From: Gammaproteobacteria bacterium
GTDB lineage: Bacteria > Pseudomonadota > Gammaproteobacteria > HK1
DNA: 54,258 bases
Reading direction: 5' to 3'
Assembly: GCA_022823045.1 (NCBI GenBank)
Contig: JAJDXW010000282.1
Coordinates: forward strand, 1-54,258
How positions within the stretch are numbered: the stretch's first letter is position 1; each line of letters opens with the position of its first letter. Below are positions 28,466 through 36,490 of this stretch, one piece after another. A program made the position numbers and the translations under genes. A model generated the notes under the pieces. The model was not told the DNA's origin, searched no databases, and saw only the letters and a program-made list of their open reading frames with translations.

Positions 28466-29200
28466 TCATGATGAAGCGCTCGTCTCGATCGCGTCCCTCA
28501 CCGTGCGGAGACGGTCGTTCTCGCGGCGAAGGACCGCGATCCGTTCGGCCGCGGGCGGCGCCTTTGCAAGTGAGGCGTGGATGAACGTCTCGCCATCGGC
28601 GACCGGCTGAAGGGCGTACCGGATCTCGGCCCCCTCGGTGTGGGCGCTTCGCAGCAGGTAGGGATCGACGGCCTCGGGCGCGGACCCGTCGGACGCCTCT
28701 CCGGCATGGCGGGCGAGGGCGTGCGCGACCGCCGCGGCCGGAGCAAATACGTGGATGCTGCGAAGCGTGAGGCCCGCCGGCGTCGAGCCCGGCTCGAAGC
28801 CCGGGCCCGGATCGCCATCACCTTCCCCGGCGAGCCGGACCCAGACGTAGCCGTCGACCTCGACGCACGGGAACCGCTGCGCCCGGACGAGGGACGGGGG
28901 CTCTTCGCCCGGATGGGCCGGCCGCTCGACGCACTGCCCGGAGCCCGACGCGTACGTCCAGCCGTGATAGCGGCACTTGAGCCGGTCGCCGAGGTTGGTC
29001 CCGACGGAGAGCCGCACGCCGCGGTGCGGGCAGCGGTTCTCCCAGGCGTTGACGGTGTCGTCGTCCGCGCGCCACACCGCGAGCTCCTGGCCGAGGAGGG
29101 CGGTGTGGACGATGTGGCGGGGGGCGGCCTCCTCCCCGCGGCACACCGGGAACCAGCGACGCTCGGGACTCACCTCCGGCACGTCCGATATCTCCGGCAT
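28466..29200 (-). CDS. Stand-alone Rieske [2Fe-2S] protein with a degenerate C-terminal domain
   Basis: 244 aa with intact ligands CPHRGVRL...CRYHGWTY. The remaining roughly 135 aa lack the D/E-x3-D-x2-H-x4-H mononuclear-iron motif. Confidence 0.8.
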   Translation of the reverse strand: MPEISDVPEVSPERRWFPVCRGEEAAPRHIVHTALLGQELAVWRADDDTVNAWENRCPHRGVRLSVGTNLGDRLKCRYHGWTYASGSGQCVERPAHPGEEPPSLVRAQRFPCVEVDGYVWVRLAGEGDGDPGPGFEPGSTPAGLTLRSIHVFAPAAAVAHALARHAGEASDGSAPEAVDPYLLRSAHTEGAEIRYALQPVADGETFIHASLAKAPPAAERIAVLRRENDRLRTVRDAIETSASS

Positions 29201-29216
29201 CCTGCGACTGTGGTCC

Positions 29217-29245
29217 GCCCCCGCCCCCGCCCCCGCCCCCGCCCG
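29217..29245. repeat. (GCCCCC)x4 hexanucleotide tandem repeat plus partial unit, intercistronic
   Basis: Read directly: G at 29217, 29223, 29229, 29235 and 29241, each followed by C5 (the last by C3). It lies between the stop at 29253 and the ATG at 29200 of two minus-strand genes. The mRNA sense is (GGGGGC)n. Confidence 0.9.
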
Positions 29246-29252
29246 CGTCCGC

Positions 29253-30119
29253 TCAGGCCGCGGCCTGGGCCGGGATCGCGCCGTAGGTCACGCCCTGCGC
29301 GGCGAGCCACCGGCGGTACGCGAGCGAGGACGCATCGGAGCGCGCCGGGATCTCCGCCCGGGGGTCGAGGGGCAGGCGCTTCGGAAGCTGGTTCTCGAGG
29401 ATCGGCTTGTCCTGGCCGAAGATGAGCTGCTGGAACCAGCGCAGGGCCTCCGCGTCGATTTCGTGGGGGAGGTAGGCTAGGTAGGGATGGGCGACGCATC
29501 GCTCTTCGTCCACCGGCTGCACGAGGAGCGCGATGAAATCCCAGCGCTCGGGCTCGATCGGGTTGCTCTTGTAGAGGCACACCGTATAGGGACGGCAGAC
29601 CTTGTACTCGTAGTCGACCATCATGCCCCCATCGGCGCCCGGTGAGGAGAGGGGCTGAAAGAAGCGGCACTGCGTCGCGAGGATCTCGTTCTCCTCGGTC
29701 ACCGTGACCTCGTAGGGCTCCACTTCCGTGTACGGCTCGACGCCGAGGTAGTCGGTGTGGACGAACGGGAAGTGCCCAAGGTCGAGGAAGTTTTCGACGG
29801 CCCGGAGCCCCGAGACGTGGACCGCGAGGGAGCCGCCGGTCACGCAGATCCGATCCGCCTCGAAGCACTCGGGGAAGTGGACGATGTCCCGGTCCGGCTC
29901 GCCGAGCGATGCGAAGGCGTGACCGTACTTGATGCGCGCGGCAAGCGGGGCGCCCGTATCGCGCCGGACGACGCGAACCTCGCCGGAACCTGTGCCCGAC
30001 TCGGAGATCTCGATCGGGACGCCCAGCAGCACCGTCTCGAACGAGCCCCGCGTCGAGAGGAACTCGAGCTCGACGACGGCGTGCCAGTCGTTTACCAGGA
30101 CCGGATCGGGCTCGACCAT
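29253..30119 (-). CDS. VanA/PaO-type oxygenase catalytic subunit whose N-terminal Rieske site is degenerate
   Basis: 288 aa. The mononuclear-iron motif ENFLDLGHFPFVH is intact. The N-terminal roughly 75 aa still look Rieske-fold-like (NDWHAV..., GAPL) but the CxH/CxxH ligands are gone (RRDTGAPLAARIKYGHAF). SD AGGGAG precedes the ATG at 30119. Confidence 0.75.
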   Translation of the reverse strand: MVEPDPVLVNDWHAVVELEFLSTRGSFETVLLGVPIEISESGTGSGEVRVVRRDTGAPLAARIKYGHAFASLGEPDRDIVHFPECFEADRICVTGGSLAVHVSGLRAVENFLDLGHFPFVHTDYLGVEPYTEVEPYEVTVTEENEILATQCRFFQPLSSPGADGGMMVDYEYKVCRPYTVCLYKSNPIEPERWDFIALLVQPVDEERCVAHPYLAYLPHEIDAEALRWFQQLIFGQDKPILENQLPKRLPLDPRAEIPARSDASSLAYRRWLAAQGVTYGAIPAQAAA

Positions 30120-30515
30120 CTCACACTCCCTGACGTCCTCCGCGCGCCCTTGGGACGGCCGGGCGGCGCAGCGTGCTCCGCCCCGATACCGCGAAGCAGC
30201 GTTCCGCCCGGACGGGGCGCTCGGGCCTCCAGCGGAACCGCGGTGGTTACCGCCCCGCCGCCAACCCGCGCGCCGCCCGGACCACCACAACGATGACGTG
30301 GCGCGGCTCGCCGATGCTAACAAATCCGAAGGAGATTCCGCGGGGAGATCGTGGATACTACGCAGCACGGGCGCCAGTCGCCGGGCAGGCTCGGACCCCG
30401 TTCGGTTCGAAGCGGACGACCCGCTCCGCGCACACGGAAAAACCGGCCGGAAGTCGCCGCCCGGGAGCACCAGGCCGCGCGCCAGCTCACAGTTCGATCA
30501 CGGGGAGACCAACCC

Positions 30516-31619
30516 ATGGCAAGAAGAATCTCGCGCCGCGAGGCGCTCAAGTACTCGGCCGCGACCGGGGCGATGGCGACGGGCCTTGCCGGCCTTCCGC
30601 GCCTCGCCGCCGCCGCCGACCCGCTCAAGGTCGGGATCGTCTACGTCTCGCCGATCTCCGAGATCGGCTGGACCAAGCAGCACAGCCTCGGGGCCGAGGC
30701 CATCGCCGACACCTTCGGCGAGCGGGTGAGCATCACCGCGATCGACAACGTCTGGGACCCGCAGGCGGGCGAGCGCGTGTTCGCCGAGCTCGCGAGCACC
30801 GGCCACGGCCTCGTCTTCGGGACCAGCTTCTCCCACAGCACCCCGATCCAGAAGACCGCCCCCCGATTCCCCGACGTCGCGTTCGAGCACTGCTCGGGGC
30901 TCAAGCACTTCGACAACCTCGGCACCTTCGAGGCGAAGTACTACGAGGGGACCTACCTCGCGGGGATCGCGGGCGGGCACGTGACGGAGTCGAAGAAGCT
31001 CGGGTTCATCGGCGGCTTCCCGATCCCGGACATCGTGGGCCCGGGGAACGCGATGCTGCTCGGCGCGCAGAGCGTCGACCCCTCGATCACCTGCAGCGTC
31101 ATCTTCCTCAACTCCTGGTTCGACCCCGCGAAGGAAAAGGAGGCGACGGCCGCCCTCGTCGCCCAGGGGTGCGACGTCATCTGCTCCATGACCGACACCG
31201 CGACCGGGGTGCAGGTGGCCGAGCAGGGCGGGGCGTGGTCGATCGGCTACGCGAGCGACATGCGCCAGTTCGGCCCCACGAAGAACCTCACCTCCTTCAT
31301 GCTCGACTGGAGCAGCGTCTACGTCGGCGCGGCACGCGACGTGCTGGACGGAACCTGGACCTCCCAGGTCCGGTGGCAGGGGGTGAAGGAGGGCGTGGTG
31401 ACGATGTCGCCCTGGAATGACCAGCTTCCGGGGGACGTCATCGACCAGTTGACGGCGACCGAAGCCGCGATCAAGGACGGGTCGCTGCATCCGTACAAGG
31501 GCGAGCTCCGGGACCAGCAGGGCAACGTCCGGGTCGAGGCGGGGAGCCGGCTCTCCGATCCCGACATCCGGGGCTTCAACTGGTTCGTCGAAGGGATGAT
31601 CGGCAACCTCGAGGGCTGA
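30516..31619 (+). CDS. BMP family (PnrA/Med-like) ABC transporter substrate-binding protein with Tat-type signal
   Basis: MARRISRREALKYSAATGAMATGLAGLPRLAAA is followed by KVGIVYVSPISEIGWT. SD GGGGAG is upstream. Start is the ATG at 30516 inside ORF 30351..31619. Confidence 0.85.
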   Translation: MARRISRREALKYSAATGAMATGLAGLPRLAAAADPLKVGIVYVSPISEIGWTKQHSLGAEAIADTFGERVSITAIDNVWDPQAGERVFAELASTGHGLVFGTSFSHSTPIQKTAPRFPDVAFEHCSGLKHFDNLGTFEAKYYEGTYLAGIAGGHVTESKKLGFIGGFPIPDIVGPGNAMLLGAQSVDPSITCSVIFLNSWFDPAKEKEATAALVAQGCDVICSMTDTATGVQVAEQGGAWSIGYASDMRQFGPTKNLTSFMLDWSSVYVGAARDVLDGTWTSQVRWQGVKEGVVTMSPWNDQLPGDVIDQLTATEAAIKDGSLHPYKGELRDQQGNVRVEAGSRLSDPDIRGFNWFVEGMIGNLEG

Positions 31620-31786
31620 GCCCGGACGATCACGGCGGCCGCGGCACATGCGCCGGCACCGGCATGCGATGACCGCGGCCGCCCTCCCCGGGGAGCGCGG
31701 GCTTCCCGCCCGCGGCACTTCGAGCACCGGCACGCGATGACGGCGACCGGCGGCGGCGGGCGGGCGGGCGCATCCGCGGAGGCTCG

Positions 31787-33358
31787 ATGACGCCGCGCCT
31801 CGAGCTTCGCGGGATCACCAAGACGTTCCCCGGGGTGCTCGCGAACGACGACGTCTCGCTCACCGTGATGCCGGGCGAGATCCACGCCGTCCTCGGCGAG
31901 AACGGCGCGGGCAAGAGCACCCTGATGAAGATCATCTACGGGGCGCTCGCGGCGGACGAGGGCGAGATCCTCTGGAACGGGGAGCCGGTCCGCATCCCGA
32001 GCCCGACCGCCGCCCGTCATCTCGGCATCGGCATGGTCTACCAGCACTTCTCGCTGTTCGAGACGGTCTCGGTCGCCGAGAACATCGCCGTCGCGGTGGA
32101 CGAGCCCTTCGACCTACCCGCGATCTCGGCGCGCGTCCGCGAGCTCTCCGAGCGATACGGGATGCCGCTCGACCCCGATCGGCTGCTCCACCACCTGTCC
32201 GTCGGAGAGCGGCAACGGGTCGAGATCGTGCGCTGCCTCCTCCAGCGCCCGACCCTCCTCGTCCTCGACGAGCCGACCTCGGTGCTCACCCCTCAGGCGG
32301 CGCGGAGCCTGTTCGAGACCCTGCGGGTCATCGCGCAGGAAGGGTGCAGCCTGCTCTACATCAGCCACAAGCTCGAGGAGATCCGCGATCTCTGCGACAC
32401 CGCGACGATCCTCCGGGCGGGCGCGGTCGCCGGCACCGCCGATCCGAAGACCACGTCGCCCGCGGAGCTCGCGGCGCTGATGGTGGGCTCGGCGCTCCCC
32501 GAGACCCACCGCGACCCGGCCCGGCCCGACCCGACGCCCCGCCTCGAGGTGCGGGGCCTCGTCGCCGAGGCCGAGGACCCGTTCGGCACCGACCTCGGGG
32601 ACGTCTCGCTCGCGGTCCACGCGGGCGAGATCGTCGGCATCGCGGGCGTTTCCGGCAACGGGCAGGGGGAGCTCGCGGCCCTGCTGAGCGGCGAGCGCAC
32701 CTTGGCCGAGGGCGATGCGATTCGCCTCGACGGCGAGCCCATCGCCCGCCTCGACGCGGGCGCAAGGCGGCGGCGCGGGCTCGCCTTCGTCCCCGAAGAC
32801 CGCCTGGGGCGCGGCGTGGTGCCGCTCATGTCGCTCCGCGAGAACGTCATCCTCACCGCCCACGCCCGCGCCGGCATGGTGCGCGGCGGCATGGTCCGGC
32901 GCGATCGCGCGGACGCCTACGCCCGCCGGGTGATCGATCGCTTCGACGTGCGGTGCACGGGGACCGGCGCGATCGCCCGCGCCCTGTCCGGCGGGAACAT
33001 CCAGAAGTTCATCGTGGGACGCGAGATGGAGCTCGCGCCACGGGTCCTCGTCGTCTCCCAGCCGACGTGGGGACTCGACGTCGCGGCGGCCGCCTTCATC
33101 CGCCAGAGCCTCATCGACTTGAGCCGCGAGGGGGCCGCGGTCCTCGTGATCTCCGAGGAGCTCGACGAGCTCCTCGAGATCTGCGACCGCATCGCGGTGC
33201 TCTACCGGGGCCGCCTCTCCGAAGGCCGGAATCGCGGCGAAGTGAGCGTCGAGGACCTCGGCCTCCTGATGGCGGGCGGCGCCACCGAGTCGGGCGCGGC
33301 GGGCGTGGCGGACGCGGCGAGCACCGCCGCCCCGAGCCCGGAATACCCGGAACCCTAG
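31787..33358 (+). CDS. ABC transporter ATP-binding protein with two NBDs (CUT2 / nucleoside type)
   Basis: 523 aa with Walker A GENGAGKST, LSVGERQRVEI and LVLDEPT, plus a second degenerate NBD with LSGGNIQK. Confidence 0.9.
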   Translation: MTPRLELRGITKTFPGVLANDDVSLTVMPGEIHAVLGENGAGKSTLMKIIYGALAADEGEILWNGEPVRIPSPTAARHLGIGMVYQHFSLFETVSVAENIAVAVDEPFDLPAISARVRELSERYGMPLDPDRLLHHLSVGERQRVEIVRCLLQRPTLLVLDEPTSVLTPQAARSLFETLRVIAQEGCSLLYISHKLEEIRDLCDTATILRAGAVAGTADPKTTSPAELAALMVGSALPETHRDPARPDPTPRLEVRGLVAEAEDPFGTDLGDVSLAVHAGEIVGIAGVSGNGQGELAALLSGERTLAEGDAIRLDGEPIARLDAGARRRRGLAFVPEDRLGRGVVPLMSLRENVILTAHARAGMVRGGMVRRDRADAYARRVIDRFDVRCTGTGAIARALSGGNIQKFIVGREMELAPRVLVVSQPTWGLDVAAAAFIRQSLIDLSREGAAVLVISEELDELLEICDRIAVLYRGRLSEGRNRGEVSVEDLGLLMAGGATESGAAGVADAASTAAPSPEYPEP

Positions 33359-33361
33359 GAC

Positions 33362-34516
33362 GTGCGCCTTCAGTTCGAGCCGCGGCCCACGCCCTCGCTC
33401 GCGGCCCAGGTGCTCGCCCCCGTCGCCGCGTTCGCGCTCACCGTGGTCTTCGGGTCGATCTTCTTCCTCATCCTCGATCTCGACCCCTTCGAGACCCTTC
33501 ACGTCTTCCTCATCCGGCCCCTGAGCTCGGCCAACGGCGTCTCCGAGTGGCTGCTCAAGGCGTCGCCGCTCATCCTCATCGGCCTCGGACTCGCGGTCGG
33601 CTTCCGGGCCAACGTGTGGAACATCGGCGCCGAAGGGATGTTCATCTGCGGCGCGATCTCGGCCGGCTGGTTCGCGCTCGCCTTCGGAGACGGCGACCAC
33701 GTGTGGCTGCTGCCCCTCATGGCCCTCGCGGGCATCGCGGGCGGCATGGCCTGGGCGAGCGTCCCCGCCTTCCTCAAGGTGCGCTTCAGCACCAACGAGA
33801 TCCTCGTCACCCTGATGCTGAACTACGTCGCGGTCCTGCTCCTCGGCTACCTCGTGCGGGGGCCGTGGCGCGATCCCCTCGGCTTCAACTTCCCGCAGAC
33901 CGCCCTCTTCGGCCCGTCCGCGCTCTTCGACCCGCTGGTCGGCGTGTACCGGGTCAACACCTCGATCTTCATCACCCTCGTCGCGGTCGGCATCGCCTGG
34001 CTCTTCGTCCAGCACACGTTCACGAGCTACCGCATGACGGTGGGGGGCGCGGCGCCGGCGGCGGCCCGGTTCGCGGGATTCCGGGACTCGCACTCGGTCT
34101 GGATCGGCCTTCTCGCCGGGGGCGGTTGCGCGGGCCTCGCGGGGATGATGGAGGTGGCGGGGCCGCTCGGCCAGCTCACCGGCCACATCTCGCCCGGTTA
34201 CGGGTTCGCGGCGATTATCGTCGCGTTCATCGGGCGCCTGCACCCGTTCGGGATCGTGCTCGGGGGGCTCCTCCTCTCGCTCCTCTACATGGGGGGCGAG
34301 TCGGCCCAGATCATGCTGAGGCTCCCCGCCGCGCTCACCCGAACGTTCCAGGGGGCGCTCCTGTTCTTCCTGCTCGCGGCCGACTTCCTCATCTACTACC
34401 GGCCGCGCCGGGTCGGGCGGGCGGGGCCGAGGCGAGGCCGGGGCGAGGCGGAGGCCGGGACCGGGGTCGGGGCCGAGACCGGGGCCAAGGCCGAGACGGC
34501 GGCGGGGCAAGGCTGA
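33362..34516 (+). CDS. ABC transporter permease with a 38-aa low-complexity C-terminal tail
   Basis: GTG start 4 nt after the ATPase stop. Multi-TM core. The tail is RPRRVGRAGPRRGRGEAEAGTGVGAETGAKAETAAGQG (nt 34400-34513). Confidence 0.85.
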   Translation: MRLQFEPRPTPSLAAQVLAPVAAFALTVVFGSIFFLILDLDPFETLHVFLIRPLSSANGVSEWLLKASPLILIGLGLAVGFRANVWNIGAEGMFICGAISAGWFALAFGDGDHVWLLPLMALAGIAGGMAWASVPAFLKVRFSTNEILVTLMLNYVAVLLLGYLVRGPWRDPLGFNFPQTALFGPSALFDPLVGVYRVNTSIFITLVAVGIAWLFVQHTFTSYRMTVGGAAPAAARFAGFRDSHSVWIGLLAGGGCAGLAGMMEVAGPLGQLTGHISPGYGFAAIIVAFIGRLHPFGIVLGGLLLSLLYMGGESAQIMLRLPAALTRTFQGALLFFLLAADFLIYYRPRRVGRAGPRRGRGEAEAGTGVGAETGAKAETAAGQG

Positions 34517-34517
34517 G

Positions 34518-35438
34518 ATGGAAATCGCGATCGCGATCATCACCGGCACCGTCGTCGCGGCGACGCCCCTCCTCTTCGCCGCGATGGGGGAGCTCGTCGC
34601 GGAGCGCTCGGGGGTGCTCAACCTCGGGGTCGAGGGGATGATGCTGATCGGCGCCGTTACCGCCTTTCACTTCGCGTTCGCGGGGTACCCGCTCCCGGTC
34701 GCGGCGGGCGCCGGGGTGCTCGCGGGGGCCGCCTCGTCACTGGTCTTCGGGGTGCTCGCGCTCAACCTCCTCGCGAACCAGTACGCGGCCGGGATCGCGC
34801 TCACGATCCTCGGGGGCGGGCTCTCCGCCTTCCTCGGCCGGGAATTCGGGGCCGCCCCCATCGAACCCGTCGAAGCGGTCCACATTCCGGTGCTCTCCGA
34901 CATCCCTGTCCTCGGCCGCATCCTCTTCGACTACGACCCCCTCGTCTACGTCGCCTTCATCCTCTTCGGGCTCATCTGGTGGATGCTCTTCCGTACCAGG
35001 ACGGGCCTCGTCCTCCGGATCATCGGGGAGAACCCGCAGGCGGCCCACGACATCGGGTTCAAGGTCATTCCCATCCGGTACCTCGCGGTCCTCTTCGGGG
35101 GCGCGATGGCGGGGCTCGGCGGCGCCTATCTCGCCATCGCCTACACCCCCCTCTGGGTCGAGAACATGACCGCCGGCCGGGGCTGGATCGCGCTCGCCCT
35201 CGTCGTCTTCGCGAGCTGGCGGCCGCTCCGGGTGCTCCTCGGGGCGCTCCTCTTCGGGGGGGTCAACATCCTTCAGCTTCACGCGCAGGGGCAGGGCATC
35301 GGCCCCGCGTCGGAGTTCCTCTCCGCCCTGCCCTATGTCGCGACGATCCTCGTCCTCGTCCTCATCTCGCGGAACCGCCAGACCCAGAAGGTGAACTTTC
35401 CCGCCTCGCTCGCGAAGCCCTTCCGCCCGGGGCACTGA
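34518..35438 (+). CDS. ABC transporter permease (second membrane subunit)
   Basis: 306 aa multi-TM protein. The ATG lies 2 nt after the preceding stop. Confidence 0.85.
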   Translation: MEIAIAIITGTVVAATPLLFAAMGELVAERSGVLNLGVEGMMLIGAVTAFHFAFAGYPLPVAAGAGVLAGAASSLVFGVLALNLLANQYAAGIALTILGGGLSAFLGREFGAAPIEPVEAVHIPVLSDIPVLGRILFDYDPLVYVAFILFGLIWWMLFRTRTGLVLRIIGENPQAAHDIGFKVIPIRYLAVLFGGAMAGLGGAYLAIAYTPLWVENMTAGRGWIALALVVFASWRPLRVLLGALLFGGVNILQLHAQGQGIGPASEFLSALPYVATILVLVLISRNRQTQKVNFPASLAKPFRPGH

Positions 35439-35534
35439 GGGCGCGACGCGGAAGGCGACGCGGCAGGGAGCACGGCGAGCGCATCGGCCCGGTCGACCCC
35501 GTCGGGACGGCGGTGGCCTCCGCTGGCGCGCGTT

Positions 35535-36179
35535 TCACTTCGCCGGAGAGAAGTCCCCGGTCGCCGGGTCCATCGTCCAGAGCTCGCCGTCCGCGATGTC
35601 GAACCAGGCGCCGTGGAGGTGGAGCCGGCCGCGGTCCTCGAGGATCGAGACGCAGGGGAAGCTTCGCAGGTTCGCGACCGAGTGGCGAATCGAGGCGCGC
35701 TCGAGCGCGGTCTGCCGCTCCGCCTCCGTCCGCCCGCCGCCTGTGTCGGCGGCGACCTCGCGCGCGGCGGGCCCGAGCAGGGTCATCCACTTGCCGATGA
35801 AGTCGCCCGGGGAGAGCGGCTCCGCCTCCGGATGCAGGGCGGCCCGGATGCCGCCGCAGCGCCCGTGACCGAGCACGACGATGTGCCGGACCTTGAGGCT
35901 CTGCACCGCGAACTCGAGCGCGGCGGAGGTGGACTGGTGGGGGCCTTCCGGCTCGTAGGGCGGCACCAGGTTGGCGACGTTGCGGACGACGAAGATCTCG
36001 CCCGGGGCGGCGTGGAAGATGGTCTCCGGCGCCGACCGCGAATCGCAGCAGGCGATGACCATGACCTCGGGCGTCTGCCCGTGCTCGGCGAGCGCGCGGT
36101 AGCGCGCACGCTCGGGCTCGTATCGGTAGTCCCGGAAGGAACGGTAGCCGTCGAGAAGCGAGTCCGGGAAATCGCTCAT
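35535..36179 (-). CDS. Beta-class carbonic anhydrase
   Basis: Zinc ligands are in CCDSRSAPE and GHGRCGG. The start MSDFPDSLLDGYRSF at 36179 is preferred over the track start at 36206. Confidence 0.85.
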   Translation of the reverse strand: MSDFPDSLLDGYRSFRDYRYEPERARYRALAEHGQTPEVMVIACCDSRSAPETIFHAAPGEIFVVRNVANLVPPYEPEGPHQSTSAALEFAVQSLKVRHIVVLGHGRCGGIRAALHPEAEPLSPGDFIGKWMTLLGPAAREVAADTGGGRTEAERQTALERASIRHSVANLRSFPCVSILEDRGRLHLHGAWFDIADGELWTMDPATGDFSPAK

Positions 36180-36400
36180 GCGAGCCTGTCGGTCAGCGGC
36201 CGTCATCGTGCGTCGTTCGTTCGCTCAGCCGGGGCGGCGAGAGATTGTCGCACCGTCGTCCGCAATCCGTTCCGCCCCGACCCGAAAGACTCGGAGATTT
36301 TTCGGGCGACCGCCAAGATCGAGAAGTTCGCAGAATTTTTCGATCAAGCGACGAAAATCGATGATTCATGCGGGCAGTGGCGAGGAGCGGGGGCGCGATT

Positions 36401-36418
36401 GCGGGAGAAATCTCCCGC
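36401..36418. promoter_or_regulatory. Perfect palindrome GCGGGAGA-AA-TCTCCCGC in the divergent intergenic region
   Basis: The 8-bp arms are exact reverse complements. It lies 26 nt upstream of the TGGCAC element. Confidence 0.25.
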
Positions 36419-36443
36419 GCGGACTTCGAAGCCGGCCAACCGC

Positions 36444-36458
36444 TGGCACAATAGCCGC
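36444..36458 (+). promoter_or_regulatory. Sigma-54-like -24/-12 element TGGCAC-N5-CCGC upstream of the response-regulator/PP2C gene
   Basis: TGGCACAATAGCCGC has a perfect -24 hexamer and GG/GC at the canonical spacing, but the -12 TTGC is only CCGC. It lies 33 nt upstream of the ATG at 36491, which has a strong GAAGGAG SD. Confidence 0.25.
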
Positions 36459-36490
36459 CCCACACCGGACGGACACGAAGGAGTCCCGAC

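Noticed and set aside
30432-30467. ACACGG ... CCCGGGAG in the 5' leader of the BMP transporter operon, reminiscent of the 3' half of the ykkC/guanidine-I riboswitch
   Set aside because: The two blocks are about 22 nt apart instead of forming the short conserved hairpin. The 5' ykkC blocks (CUAGGGUUCCG, GGUCCGAGAG) are absent. The downstream gene class is not a typical ykkC target. An Infernal scan of 30120-30515 would settle it.
32114-34641. 835-aa minus-strand and 765-aa plus-strand ORFs across the BMP-system ATPase and permease genes
   Set aside because: Both have R/P/G/A low-complexity composition, and the same DNA encodes clear ABC ATPase and permease proteins in another frame. The same reasoning applies to ORFs 8976..10874, 10765..12756, 12934..15090, 5957..7462, 2205..3767, 36344..38224, 40419..42305 and similar.
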